From positions 53,942,001 through 54,006,000 of the forward strand of contig NW_024704743.1 of assembly GCF_018977255.1 (NCBI RefSeq): a stretch of 64,000 bases of DNA, written 5' to 3'. Under the pieces are notes generated by a model. It did not search any database. It was not told the origin of the DNA and was given only the letters and a program-made list of their open reading frames with translations. The translations under genes were made by a program, and so were the position numbers. Shown here one piece after another: positions 50,901-60,300 of this stretch (position 1 is the stretch's first letter; the number at the start of each line of letters is the position of its first letter). The stretch is from Callorhinchus milii (taxonomy: Eukaryota).

Positions 50901-53900
50901 AGGCAGCCAATTGCGCACAACAATGTCCCACAAACAGTCGTGGATTAAAAATGACCAATTTATTATTGTTTTTGTTTTTTGGAGGGATTATTATTAGGCA
51001 TGTGGAGTAAGGAAACTTGCCCAAGGTTTCGCCCTGCCTGGAATTGAACTCAGGTCTCTCGCTTGCAAAGCGAGTGCTCTAACCACTGAGCTACAGGACT
51101 CCACAAAATCATGACAGAATTGTAGAATTTTCCAAAAATTCTGCATATTCTTAGATTTGAAGAATTTGATTCAAGTCTAATATCATTAACAACAACAAAA
51201 TTACATTTATGGAGTGCCTTCCACATCGGGAGTATGTGAAAACATTTCTGGTTGGTAAAAAATGGGGTGAATAACCTGTGTTCTCTGCTTGATTTGCTCT
51301 CCTCCATGTACCATGTGGACTGCCTCCTGTGTCTGCTTCTCAGAAGGAGGAAACCGGCCTAAATTAGAACCACAGCAGGCGCCAGAAGGAGCCTGTCAAA
51401 ATTCTGCACCTTCAGGGATTTTTAATTGTCGTGCCTGACATTAAAAATAAAATTGATCTCATTGTCCTGAAGGACATTAAACTAATGCCTGTCAAAGCAT
51501 GACTGAAGGAGGCAGGTAAGTCTTCTGCATTATCGTTTAAGAATGACGCCTGGCTGAAGTTAATTGGTTCCACCCTCCCCTCCCTTCCATCAATTATTGG
51601 CTTCATATCTGAAGTTGATCCACTTGTTATATTTTCACCACACTTAAATCCATACTTACAAACGTGAACCAGCGTGACAACTGACAGAGTACTTCTTTGC
51701 CACGTTGGAAATTATTTGCACAGTTCTGAGGGCCATTAATGGATTACCATTTTTATTTTTTTATTTTTAAGGAATTAAATGGCATGCCCACAGGCTGGGA
51801 TGATGTGGTGAGGCTCACTCTGAACTGTTCATACTGGTAAGTACAAAAACATTGCTGAGCTTCTAATAGAAGAACAGGACTGATTACTGACTGATGGCAA
51901 TAAGAATGACAATCATAAGAACAACGTTAAGGATATTATTAATAATATATATAATAAGAGTCAATAATAACAAGGTTAGTTCTGCAGGGCACCAGAAAAT
52001 GGAAAAAGTGTTTTACTGTGCTCCAGATTTCCTACTGTTAAACTCTTGGCATTAATGTCTAAGTACAAGGTGAAATCACAGTCTGGGCTGACACAGTGCT
52101 GGGTGGGGAGGGAGTATGCTGCATTGTCAGAGGTGCCATCTGCCTGTTCAGGTGGATATTGAAGATCCCAAGCACTATTTGAAAAGAAAAAGGAATCTCT
52201 TCTGTGGCCTGGTCAACAAATTGCCCAAATAAAATATGTTATTTGCTTCATAGCCATTTGTGGGACATTGCTGTTTGTAAATTGGCTGCCGCTTCACTAT
52301 ATTGGAGTCCTGTAGCTCAGTGGTTAGAGCACTCGCTTTGCAAGCGAGAGACCTGAGTTCAATTCCAGGCAGAGGGCGAATCCTTGGGCAAGTTTCCTTA
52401 CTCCACACAGAGCCTAATAATAATCCCTCCAAAACCAAAAAAAAAAAAATTGGTCATTTTCAATCTACGACTGTTTGTGGGACATTGCTGTGCGCAATTG
52501 GCTGCCGCGTTTGCCCACAAATGTACAGTCAATTCACTTTACAGTCTGTTCTGTGAAGCGCTTTGGGACATCCTCCCGAGGTGAAAAGCGCTATATCAAA
52601 TGCAAGTATTATTATTATTATTCTTTATAGTAAAATCCTGTGAAACACTTTGAGATGTTTTGATGACATAAGGTGTGATATACATCAATTGTAAGGATTA
52701 TTATTAATGTTACTGTGTAAGGCAACATTTCAATTAAAGTTTTCAGGAGCTTCACCCATTCAGGGTTGAAGCTGATGATTAGAGAATAGCTCATAAATCT
52801 AAAGATTCCAAAACAATTGGAACACATAAGCTTTAATGGATTTATTAGCTGTCAAAATTAAACCAGGATTTTACTCTAATGGATTCAATGGTAGAACACA
52901 GCAATTTACAACACAGAAGGAGGCCATTTGACCAATCACGCTGCTCCTGGCTCTCTGACAGAGCTCTCTGGTACTCTCATTCTCCTGCTTTACCCCCATA
53001 CCCTTTTATATTTCTGTAGGTGTACACTATAGTACACCAGCGGTGGATTAAACCAGGGAAAATCTATATTGGCCTCCAAGAAGAAACCAGACAAATACCT
53101 AAAAAAGACTCAGCTCCTTCAAGAGCAATCCTTTCAGTGCCATTTACCTGCCCTTTCCCCATAGAATCAGATATAGGGAAAGGGCAGGTAAATGGGACTG
53201 AGACATTGCTCTTGAAGAAGCCGAAACATACACGATGGGCCGAATGGCCTTCTGTGCCATAACATTCTATGGTTCTATAGTAAAGCACTTTCTGGCAATG
53301 AAATGCACAGTTTCTTTGGCAAATGTCTATATTTTTTGCTAAAATTTAAAGGATCAACTTGCCCAGTTCTGGGTTTTACTTTTCGCACATCAAATTAAAG
53401 ATTTAAGATACACTTTGGAATTTAACAATAATAAATGCAAAGCTAAATTCCAATAGTTTAGTTAGTAAAATCAATACCTAGTTACAACTGAGTTATATAG
53501 AGACCAAGAATGTCCTAGGTTTCATCCTAAATCTGTGCCTATTTAACAGATCTAAGACAGGGCTGTTAAATTAGCCTCAGTGCCCTGGGCCAGGGAGAGG
53601 AGAATGTATGATCCAAGGCTTTCACTTCTGATATCCAGTGGCAGCTGTTGATAAGTACATGTCCACAAGCTTCAGGTGACAATAGGATGGAGCTCTACTG
53701 TGTTGACTGCTCTGGGTGAGCTGTACACTGAGAATGGGCAACTGAGTGAGGTTCGAGACGGTGGCTTTCAGCTGAGAAACCGTACCTCAGTCAGCGTCTT
53801 CAAGACAGGAAAATAAAATAAAAAAGTGATGTAAATCACAAGATTGGTCCGGATGAAAAAGGCCTTTCCACCTATCTGATCTCATGCCTCCAGAAGCCCC

Positions 53901-56900
53901 ACCCTCCCCACCAAGCTGATTTTTAAATGAAATATTTTATAATTTCTATAAGCTTGAAGAGAGGCGTAAAGGTGTACCCTTCCATAACTGACATTATGCT
54001 CTCCGTACAATTTAAAAAGCAACCTGTAGAGGTGGTTACAAAATTAAACTGCTGAACAATTTTACCTTTCCCATGAAAATCTTAGAAGCCTTCCAACTCC
54101 TGTCTTTGGGCACTTTGCCTCTGGGAGCGAGCAGCACCATGACTGCTGCCGTAACATTGGTCACTGCTACAGGAGGGTTGGGGAAGGTCTTCAGCTCCGT
54201 CAGATTCACCTGAAATGAACAGAACAGCAGCAGCTTTTACATTTAGTAGTGAAGACATGTACGCAGAGGAAGCTAGAAAATGAACTATTACAGTACGCCA
54301 GTAATTCCACTTTTATTTTGAATATTTCTAATTGTCACCAGGAATTTCAACAGAAATTAGTAAACCATCATCATCATAAGTTTGATTAAAGATATCTTTT
54401 CAATCGGTAGCTTTGTTCAGCCGAGGTCAAGATGTCACTGTGCGGGTACACAAGTAAGAACCTGGGTTTTACTAATAAGAATAGAAATAATCCTTGCATT
54501 TGATATAGCGCTTTTCATTTCAGGAGGACATCTCAAAGTGCATTGCGGGATTTTACTGTAGCGTCTGAATGTTATGGGAGAACTTTGTAATCAGCTGGGG
54601 GCGGCAGGGGAGTTACCAAGCTGTGGCATTGCATATTAGTATAACCAATTGTGCCCCTTGAACCCCACCCCCATAAGATTTATGTACATCATAGACTTGT
54701 AACATAAATTACAAGGGGAAGCTAGTGGAGTGAACAGCATAACAAAAGCACCTGGAAAGGGATGAAATTCCACTTGACACCAAGTCAGAATCGTAGTCGG
54801 TTCCAGCATAGAAACAGGCCCATCATGTTGTGCTGGTCTTATTGTTCACATGAGCCAATTAATCTAATTCCACTCTCCTGCTTGCTTCCCACACACATTA
54901 ATACTGCTCTTTCGCAAGCATCAATCCCTTTTAAAATAATTGATGGACTGATAACGTGGATGATGTGCACTTGTAATAGGATATTCCCATTATACTCCCA
55001 CACCGTCAAAGGCATTAGAGTAAGTGTCAAGGAGATTTTCTCTCCCTCAAGGGGTTTCTGAAGAGAAAAAGGCATGGAGGGAAACAGTCAGAGGGCGGGT
55101 GGTGACAGGGAGGGCAGGCGGGTACAGTGGAGGTGCCAATCAGTCAAAACGGATGTGGTTATTGATCCAAATAGCCATTTCTGTTCCTCTAATTCCTTTA
55201 CTTTTATGGAACATAAATATGAAAGATTTTGAATCTTCTGCTTTCAGTCCCGTTGATACTGCACATCTGATGAGCTTGCTCTTAAGTTAAAGAACCCAGC
55301 AAGTCCCTATTGTGGGCCAATGCTCAGAAATGAAGTCATGACAATCCAGTCAGTATTTAGCTCTGTATTTGTTCACTGTAATGGCGAGTAAGATTAACTA
55401 AAAGAGCACAAGAATCAAACAAAGCCAAAAGGACTGTGCTATCTGAAATCAGCATTTAATTATTATTATTAGGTACAATTAAGCATTATCAAGAACCCGT
55501 GTGTGACACAATAACTGCAATCATTAACACTGTAATCTCTTATACAGTCATTGTATTTCACTGCGAGTGATCTCTCTCTCCGATTCATAGTCGATGGAGG
55601 AAAATTTCACTCAAATAACTTTTTACATTTTATTTGTATCCCATTTTTTAGCAGTCAACCTTCCTTCTGCAACCATGGGGGAGTGAGAGAGTTCAGGTCA
55701 CGCTCACGTCCCATGGTCAGTACCAAAGCGCCTCCACAATAGCCCTACATGAGCTCATGTGTGATCCTGTGGCTAGGTCTTCTGCTGCACTCTCTCTGAA
55801 CACAGTACATACCATCATTGTCAAGCACTGCATCTGGTAACCCAGCCAAGAACTCTCATTGAAACAATTCAAGGTCGCTGAGTGCCAATATCAGACAAGG
55901 CTTGGGTTCATACTCGGGTCTATTAATGGGAGTTCAGAGCTCTATTACCTCCAAAGATAATAAGGTATCATTTACATTGTCTTTTTGGACAATGAGTGAG
56001 AAGGGGAAAAGTTAAGAGATTTGAATCATCTCCCACTTAGTGATTATCATTGAGAAAGAACTTGCATTTATACCTTCATATGTTGAAATGTCTCAAAGTG
56101 CTTCACAAGCTAGTATTTCAGCTTCATTTGCAGGCTGCAAGTAAACATGACAGCCATTTGCTTCCTGAAATTGGTACCAGGTTGACATCCTTGATAACTG
56201 TTGTAAATAGTGACAAAATAATAATCCTTACATTTGGTGTAGCACCTTTCACATTGGGAGGATGTCCCAAAGCATTTTGCAGAAAAAATGGTAAACGTGT
56301 TTTATGAGCGAACACGGCAGCTAATTTGCCCAAAGTAATGTCCCACAAATAGCCATAAAGTGAATGATCAATTTTATTTGGGGGAATATTGGACAGGACA
56401 CTAGGATGAACTTTTTTTTTTAATAGTGCCATGGGCTCTTAAAGTCTACCTGAACAGACAGATGGAGCTTCAATTTAACATCTCATTTGAAGGACAGCAC
56501 TTCCAACAATGCAGCACAATCCTAGCACTGCCCTGGGGTGTCATCTTACACTATATGAGTGGGGCTTGAACCCATAAACTTCTGACTCAATGGCAAGAGT
56601 GCTACCAACTGAGCCAGGCTGACACATGCCAAACAAAATGGCAATGGTACATTGTTAGTGAGCGAGAATCCCAAAGCTCCTCACCGGATTGTGTTCAATC
56701 CCAGACTGGTCAGTGAGGGCTGGATTTAAGCACACATTTTGACCACATTGATCACTAACCTTGTGATAATTATCATTACATTACATTCATCATTTGAATT
56801 CATATCATTGAAGACACCACTTGTACCATTTCAAATGAATGATTAGATGAGTTACAGCTTTTCAATCTTGCGAGAAGACAACTGAGTCAGTACTTCATAG

Positions 56901-58773
56901 AGGTGTACAACATTTTAAATGGGATTGAAAAGATATCCCCAGATCAATACTTTAGGACCAAGAGAGTAGAACAAGAGGACATAGGTTTAGAGTTTTAAAG
57001 GGCAATTTCAGGACAGATGTCAGGAAGTGCGTTTCTTTACTCAGAGAGCAATCTACAACTCAAACAGGTTGCCAGGAAAGGTTGCAGCCAGGACAATGGA
57101 CTCATTTAAAAAGCAAGTTGATGCTGTGATGAGGGGACGATAGGGTGGGTGATTTGGAAGGATGAGATAGAATGGTCCAAAGGCCTTCTTCATCTCATTC
57201 TTCTTTATCCAAAACAATCTGTGATCATGTGAAATCCCTCAGAGACACTACCTTACCTTGTTTAGGGTATTTAACGCAGCAGTGGCTGCAACCAGTGCAG
57301 GTTCGGCTTTCGTAAGCTTCTCTTCACATTCTTTCTGCTTCAAAGATACTTCAGCCTGGATTGCTGCCACCTATCAAGCAAATGGTGATTTTATTTAATG
57401 TTAGTCACAATCCTCATTGTGCCATAATCTCATTAGAACTAAAAAAATTGGAAGTAAACTTGGATAAAATTGCATATTAATTTGCTCATGTGTCAATTTT
57501 TGTATTCAGTTGAATTGAAAGATAATACACTAATCCACCGTTTCTGCTGAGATAGCAGAATTCAGTTAGCGCAAGAGTGGGGACAATGACTGCCCTCAGT
57601 GCCCTTGGGAGAGGCAAGAGATAGGTTTACTAGTGCTTTTTCTCCTGATCATTATCTAGTGATCCACGCTAGAAAAAAGAGCATAGATATAAGGCAAGGT
57701 CAAGTTCAGGTTTGCCTGTGAGGTCATCTTACATTTGACCTGCTTGCCAACATTCATATGAAGTCTAGGCTCTCATATGAAGAACATTCACTTAGTACAA
57801 TAGAAACACTAGCATCTGTGGAATCTTAAATCGATGTGAGTCAGCATCTTCAGGAGAGAAGACAATTACATATAGACGTACCTTCTGCTCCTCTGCATCA
57901 GCAATTGCCCTCTCGTGGCTGACCTTCTCTGTCTGAAACCCTATCTTCGTTATTAGAGCTTCGGCATCTTGATTTCTGAATTGCAGTTCAACCTCCTGAG
58001 AAGCGAGCTTGGCTTTCAGATCTTCCACCTAACCAGAAAACAGCACTGGGTCAAACAGTGTGAGCAGAATGGGGTTTGTTCTCCAACATTGGTATGTTTT
58101 AGTTAAAGTAAAATACAACAAATCATATTTTACATATAATATATACTGGAGATAAGTAGACTCATACTTTTTCTACAATAAGTTTATGATTTTCCAGAAT
58201 AGTCCAGATACCATGCATAGTTTATAATTCTTTATTGGAGCCTTGCTGGGAATTCTGCTCTCCTGTTTATAAGTATCCACTTTTACAATATATTTCAGTA
58301 AAACCATTTTATTTATACACAGTGTTAAGCATCAGGGTTTGGAGTCCCTATTCCTTGCCCACTGTAACTCTGTGTCATTTCTCTCGGTGCTTCTATGGAC
58401 GCTGTATCCACCAGGGTTAAATTTGTGAGACATTTCTCCTTTTTACAGTGGTTTCCAGCTCATCCTGTTACTATGCCACCTAATCTTCAAGAACATAACA
58501 GCGGCAGGAGCACTCTGGTGAATGATTGATAATGTTTACCTGTGAGGCTGTCGTCTTTAGTTTCTGGATACCATTTATAAGTCGCTCCATCCTCTGGGTT
58601 AATTCCTTCCGCTTCTTCTGTAACAAGTTCTTGTAGAGTGTGATTTGCTCGAGGAAGCTCCTGGGGGTTGTGTAATTGTACCTCTTGTCATTATGCCGAT
58701 ACTTCTCACTCATTTCATTGACGCTGGTGTGAATGTAGGCCATGAACAGGCTGATTGAATCGTGCATGTTTGG
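2722..58773 (-). CDS. DNAH11: Dynein axonemal heavy chain 11 ortholog, 3' portion (27 coding exons; 5' part lies beyond the window)
   Basis: 27 exons with AG acceptors and GT donors (one GC) join in one frame (4452 nt). Motifs such as [30 protein letters not shown] and the terminal [11 protein letters not shown] resemble DNAH11 more than DNAH9/17 as I recall them. A CDCA7L-like convergent neighbour supports this by synteny. Confidence 0.9.
3225..3525 (-). mobile_element. tRNA-derived SINE, family A (longer-body variant)
   Basis: Head and tail match; shares an internal segment with 1288-1560. Confidence 0.8.
3881..4021 (-). CDS. DNAH11: DNAH11 penultimate exon ([15 protein letters not shown]...HGLFVE)
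   Basis: 141 nt, AG/GT. Confidence 0.93.
5128..5240 (-). CDS. DNAH11: DNAH11 exon ([14 protein letters not shown]...[13 protein letters not shown])
   Basis: 113 nt, AG/GT. Confidence 0.93.
5542..6035 (+). mobile_element. Deu-type SINE, family B, interrupted by a SINE 3' fragment (~5626-5740)
   Basis: Head, inserted tail fragment, then core resumes at GGCTGAC. Confidence 0.75.
6417..6532 (-). CDS. DNAH11: DNAH11 exon (GELTVSAEM...WTRLAYPS...AQ)
   Basis: 116 nt, translated by hand. Confidence 0.92.
6749..7200 (+). mobile_element. Deu-domain-type tRNA SINE, family B
   Basis: Head TGGCTCAGTTGGTAGCACTC...GTTCAAGCC; core GCTGCATTG...CCTTCAGATGAGACATTAAACCGAGG...GTCTGCC resembles the DeuSINE core. 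Confidence 0.8.
7210..7435 (+). mobile_element. CR1-like LINE 3' end
   Basis: [12 protein letters not shown]...FKRKL-type ORF2 end and 3' UTR. Confidence 0.75.
7636..7818 (-). CDS. DNAH11: DNAH11 exon (VKTILDD...[10 protein letters not shown]...LDLGLK)
   Basis: 183 nt, AG/GT. Confidence 0.93.
8643..8965 (-). mobile_element. tRNA-derived SINE, family A, full length
   Basis: Same head, body and tail. Confidence 0.9.
9785..10052 (-). mobile_element. CR1-like LINE 3' end
   Basis: Reverse-complement GGGCTGAATGGCCTCCTCCTGTTCCTATG tail; homologous to 50445-50602. Confidence 0.75.
10055..10485 (+). mobile_element. Deu-type SINE, family B
   Basis: Same head, core and tail. Confidence 0.8.
10725..10967 (-). 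CDS. DNAH11: DNAH11 exon ([11 protein letters not shown]...[14 protein letters not shown]...TTEEK)
   Basis: 243 nt, AG/GT. Confidence 0.93.
11493..11540. repeat. Exact 24-bp tandem duplication
   Basis: ACCAAGTAATCTAGTAACACAAAC x2. Confidence 0.95.
12263..12650 (-). repeat. Unidentified A-tailed dispersed repeat (other copies 8228-8600, 15007-15390, 29773-29980; inverted 3' tip ~19555-19605)
   Basis: Shared motifs GTCTGACA, ACCTAATTCC..GTATTAGG, AGGGCTTTGGCT.GCAGGGTTAA. Confidence 0.75.
13202..13321 (-). CDS. DNAH11: DNAH11 exon ([27 protein letters not shown]...HPDM)
   Basis: 120 nt, translated by hand. Confidence 0.94.
13672..14025 (+). mobile_element. Deu-type SINE, family B
   Basis: Same head and core. 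Confidence 0.78.
15878..16220 (+). mobile_element. Young 5'-truncated L2 3' end
   Basis: Nearly identical to 33593-33935; (TTG)n tail. Confidence 0.88.
18475..18840 (-). mobile_element. L2 3' end
   Basis: [15 protein letters not shown]...[14 protein letters not shown] on the minus strand, plus tail. Confidence 0.88.
19210..19520 (-). mobile_element. Old L2 fragment
   Basis: Reverse-complement similarity to the L2 segment CACTGGCTCCC...TTCAAGATC. Confidence 0.6.
21334..21525 (-). CDS. DNAH11: DNAH11 exon (NTLEMC...[16 protein letters not shown]...EANAK)
   Basis: 192 nt, AG/GT. Confidence 0.93.
22131..22455 (+). mobile_element. Deu-type SINE, family B (internal deletion)
   Basis: Head, core and tail. 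Confidence 0.75.
22506..22733 (-). CDS. DNAH11: DNAH11 exon (NVHLVVKWL...KITNEPP...ALYNFDQ)
   Basis: 228 nt, AG/GT. Confidence 0.93.
23356..23483 (-). CDS. DNAH11: DNAH11 exon (KKLGFT...VSLGQGQE...GHWVILQ)
   Basis: 128 nt, AG/GT. Confidence 0.93.
24247..24565 (-). mobile_element. tRNA-derived SINE, family A
   Basis: Same head, body and tail. Confidence 0.87.
25173..25321 (-). CDS. DNAH11: DNAH11 exon (NFVEEKLG...[19 protein letters not shown]), AAA6 region
   Basis: 149 nt, AG/GT. Confidence 0.93.
25637..25830 (-). CDS. DNAH11: DNAH11 exon (AMAMMDEF...[13 protein letters not shown])
   Basis: 194 nt, AG/GT. Confidence 0.93.
26399..26521 (-). CDS. DNAH11: DNAH11 exon ([19 protein letters not shown]...QSWSAIR)
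   Basis: 123 nt, translated by hand. Confidence 0.92.
26742..27575 (+). mobile_element. L2 LINE 3' fragment with (TTG)n tail
   Basis: [31 protein letters not shown] motifs and tail; homologous to 1-985. Confidence 0.9.
29228..29480 (-). mobile_element. L2 3' end
   Basis: LWSSIP...[14 protein letters not shown], plus tail. Confidence 0.85.
29541..29711 (-). CDS. DNAH11: DNAH11 exon ([10 protein letters not shown]...RGLFERDK...QMAFQ)
   Basis: 171 nt, translated by hand. Confidence 0.93.
30030..31080 (+). mobile_element. L2 LINE 3' fragment
   Basis: Decayed RT/C-terminal motifs ([16 protein letters not shown]), GGGCGCTATACAAGTGCAAG(TTG)n tail. Confidence 0.88.
32399..32539 (-). CDS. DNAH11: DNAH11 exon (VSEAKENE...[13 protein letters not shown]...IYQFSLK)
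   Basis: 141 nt, translated by hand. Confidence 0.93.
33236..33400 (-). CDS. DNAH11: DNAH11 exon (SELTKQQN...[10 protein letters not shown]...AAEIELK)
   Basis: 165 nt, AG/GT. Confidence 0.93.
33561..33935 (+). mobile_element. Young 5'-truncated L2 3' end
   Basis: ORF fragment [10 protein letters not shown]...[14 protein letters not shown]; (TTG)n tail. Confidence 0.88.
34853..35057 (-). CDS. DNAH11: DNAH11 exon (YIKIGDKEC...[15 protein letters not shown]...ERPDLEHLK)
   Basis: 205 nt, AG/GT. Confidence 0.93.
36559..36808. mobile_element. Putative Tc1/mariner (Tigger-like) MITE remnant
   Basis: TA|CAGGGAAAC ... GTTCTCCTG|TA imperfect terminal inverted repeats with TA flanks; internal similarity to ~23670-23740. 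Confidence 0.4.
37072..37320 (+). mobile_element. Deu-type SINE, family B (5' part)
   Basis: Head and core. Confidence 0.78.
37848..37970 (-). CDS. DNAH11: DNAH11 exon ([40 protein letters not shown])
   Basis: 123 nt, translated by hand, phase 2-2. Confidence 0.92.
38423..38658 (-). CDS. DNAH11: DNAH11 exon ([11 protein letters not shown]...[16 protein letters not shown]...), AAA5 region
   Basis: 236 nt, AG/GT. Confidence 0.93.
38685..38960 (-). mobile_element. Deu-type SINE, family B, 3' part
   Basis: Reverse-complement core and tail. Confidence 0.72.
39903..39921 (+). promoter_or_regulatory. Candidate CTCF binding motif
   Basis: ACCGCCACCAGGGGGCAAA matches the CCACCAGGGGGC core. Confidence 0.5.
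40021..40090. repeat. (TA)n-rich low-complexity tract
   Basis: Read directly from sequence. Confidence 0.9.
41554..41727 (-). CDS. DNAH11: DNAH11 exon ([10 protein letters not shown]...[14 protein letters not shown]...TPFLMSLK), probable GC donor
   Basis: 174 nt, translated by hand; AG acceptor; AAG|GCACGT is the nearby donor that keeps frame with the next exon. Confidence 0.85.
43175..43740 (+). mobile_element. L2 3' fragment
   Basis: [16 protein letters not shown]...ITPILARL; homologous to 26742-27575. Confidence 0.87.
45650..45985 (-). mobile_element. Deu-type SINE, family B (internally deleted)
   Basis: Reverse-complement head and tail. Confidence 0.7.
46521..46655 (-). CDS. DNAH11: DNAH11 exon (ELDTNLGRL...[10 protein letters not shown])
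   Basis: 135 nt, AG/GT. Confidence 0.92.
46870..47150 (+). mobile_element. Decayed L2 3' fragment
   Basis: Similarity to other L2 3' ends in the window. Confidence 0.65.
48358..48459 (-). CDS. DNAH11: DNAH11 exon ([12 protein letters not shown]...IRKKLS)
   Basis: 102 nt, translated by hand, AG/GT. Confidence 0.92.
49193..49375 (-). CDS. DNAH11: DNAH11 exon (VDDFLQAL...[14 protein letters not shown])
   Basis: 183 nt, AG/GT. Confidence 0.93.
49525..49975 (-). mobile_element. Two adjacent decayed L2 3' ends
   Basis: [14 protein letters not shown]; two (CAA)n tails on the + strand. Confidence 0.7.
50445..50602 (+). mobile_element. CR1-like LINE 3' end
   Basis: GATAGATTTTTG...AAGGGATATGG...GGGCTGAATAGC...CCTGTTCCTATGTTCC. 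Confidence 0.75.
50783..51103 (-). mobile_element. tRNA-derived SINE, family A, full length
   Basis: Near-identical to 52303-52622. Confidence 0.9.
52303..52622 (+). mobile_element. tRNA-derived SINE, family A, full length
   Basis: Head TGGAGTCCTGTAGCTCAGTGGTTAGAGC (A box), GAGTTCAATTCC (B box), L2-like 3' end, (TTA)n tail. Confidence 0.9.
53111..53223. repeat. Inverted repeat, ~52-bp arms, 8-nt spacer
   Basis: CCATTTACCTGCCCTTTCCC pairs with GGGAAAGGGCAGGTAAATGG, with flanking extension. Confidence 0.9.
53470..53825 (+). repeat. Old SINE-like repeat, family C (other copies ~46080-46270 and ~57530-57790)
   Basis: Shared CCTCAGTGCCC(T)TGGG...CTGAT..ATC(C/T)AGTG; A-rich 3' end; tRNA-like TGGCTCAGTTGG head in the 46080 copy. 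Confidence 0.5.
54066..54209 (-). CDS. DNAH11: DNAH11 exon ([13 protein letters not shown]...[11 protein letters not shown]), microtubule-binding domain
   Basis: 144 nt, translated by hand, AG/GT. Confidence 0.93.
56215..56625 (-). mobile_element. Deu-type SINE, family B
   Basis: Reverse-complement head, core and tail. Confidence 0.8.
56890..57225 (+). mobile_element. CR1-like LINE 3' fragment
   Basis: EVYNILNG...RTRGH...FRTDVRK motif remnants. Confidence 0.75.
57257..57370 (-). CDS. DNAH11: DNAH11 exon (VAAIQAEV...[17 protein letters not shown])
   Basis: 114 nt, translated by hand, AG/GT. Confidence 0.92.
57882..58028 (-). CDS. DNAH11: DNAH11 exon (VEDLKAKL...ADAEEQK)
   Basis: 147 nt, AG/GT, in frame. 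Confidence 0.92.
58540..58773 (-). CDS. DNAH11: DNAH11 exon ([10 protein letters not shown]...KLKTTASQ), start of stalk coiled coil
   Basis: 234 nt, phase 0-0, AAG acceptor, GT donor. Confidence 0.88.
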
Positions 58774-59914
58774 CTTCAAAATAGTCAACAAAGACAATAT
58801 TTCATTTTGCAACCAAAGATTAAAAAANCTTGCATTATTCTTAATATACTTAAAGTACAAATTCTCTACAGGCATTAGGAACTTGATCAACAATGGGAAT
58901 ACTTAATGGGAAAATATATCAGGTATTGTGGTATTTTCTCCTTCTGCAGAAAAAAGTACATTTTGAAAGTAGTTTTCCCTGTCCAGAACATTCCTAATTT
59001 TCCTACGTAACCTTCTCGATTCCTAGGTTGCTCACGTGATATTAGCAACATGTTCATCTCAGGCCAGTTCCATTCAGTTTAGCATGGGGGCAGATTTGGG
59101 TGAACCAATCTCAAATCATACTGTACTGGCAATTATGCAACAATTGGAATGTTTCTTGGATGCTCCGTATCAGCTTAATGGAGCTGCACCAGGAGTTTTT
59201 CAGCTTCTCACCATCAGTAACCACTCTGGGACAGCCTAGGAATTGAGGAGATGAAGCTCAGCTATTGCAGAAAAGCATGGATGCTGTTACAAGATAGATA
59301 TAGAGAAGTGAGCTGATTATCTGTAATAATTGGGACTGGCCCCATTGTGAATAAGGAAATAATGTAGATATTTGATAATCATACCAAATACAAATTGACT
59401 ACAGTGCTAACCAAGTAAAGTTCCATCAGAAGTTGTACTGGCACAATGTACCACATTGTGATAGCCCCCTCTCTCTTCCTCAAACTTTCTACCTCACTGT
59501 GACTTTATCTGTATAACTACCTCTAACTTTGACTCCAACCCTACACTGTACAAAATATGGAGACACACCTCTGTGCTACCAGCAAAAAAAAAATCCTATT
59601 GTCCACATACAAGTAACTTGACAGTGGAAGCTGCTGCTCAGGCAGAAAAAACCTTGATCTTTTCACTTTTGATCTTTAGGGTGGGTACTCTTGGAGGAGA
59701 TCACATGACTGAAGGGACTTCTTCATCAGTACTTTATAATGATTTTATTACTATTGCAAGGGCAGTGTTTATCCTTAATAGAGAATGGTTTGACCATGGT
59801 GCCCACTGTGATAACAAAGCTGTGAGCAGTTGTATAGATTGAGATCAACTATTCATTCTTAGAAGCTTTATCTTACTTCATCTAACAATAAATATCCTTG
59901 TATATAATAATGTG

Positions 59915-60300
59915 TGTAAACTTGGGTCAGTTGGTAGCACTCTTGCCTCTGAGCCAGAAGGTTGTGGGTTCAAGATCGACATCATCCAAACTCATTTAGT
60001 CTAAGATGACTCTCCAATTCAGTGCATGGGGCATGCTGCATTGTTGGAGGTGCCATCTGTGGATGAGATGTTAAATTGAAGTCTTGTCTGCCTGTCTGGA
60101 TGGACATTAAGAGAAGTTTTTCCCCAGGGTCTAGCCAATGATTCCCCAAATAAACTTGGTCCCTCACTCCATGGCTATTTGTACGACAAATTGGTTGTTG
60201 CATTTCATCCACTAAATACAGTCACTTTAAACTTTACAGTATATCTGTGAAGTACTTTGAGACGTGATAAGGTACTATTTCAAATGCAAAGATTATTATT
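59915..60300 (+). mobile_element. Deu-type SINE, family B
   Basis: Head, core and tail. Confidence 0.78.

Noticed and set aside
52303..52378. tRNA-Ala(TGC)-like gene (stem CTCGC/GCGAG with loop TTTGCAA)
   Set aside because: No proper acceptor stem, and it runs into a SINE body present in many copies. The apparent compensatory change in the copy near 8930 (CTCAC/GTGAG) is explained by CpG decay.
2722..58773. Calling the gene DNAH9 or DNAH17
   Set aside because: The extreme C-terminus resembles these paralogs, but internal diagnostic motifs and the CDCA7L-like neighbour favour DNAH11. A phylogeny would settle it.
58828..58828. Single N base
   Set aside because: Assembly ambiguity in an intron, 55 bp from the acceptor; no biological meaning
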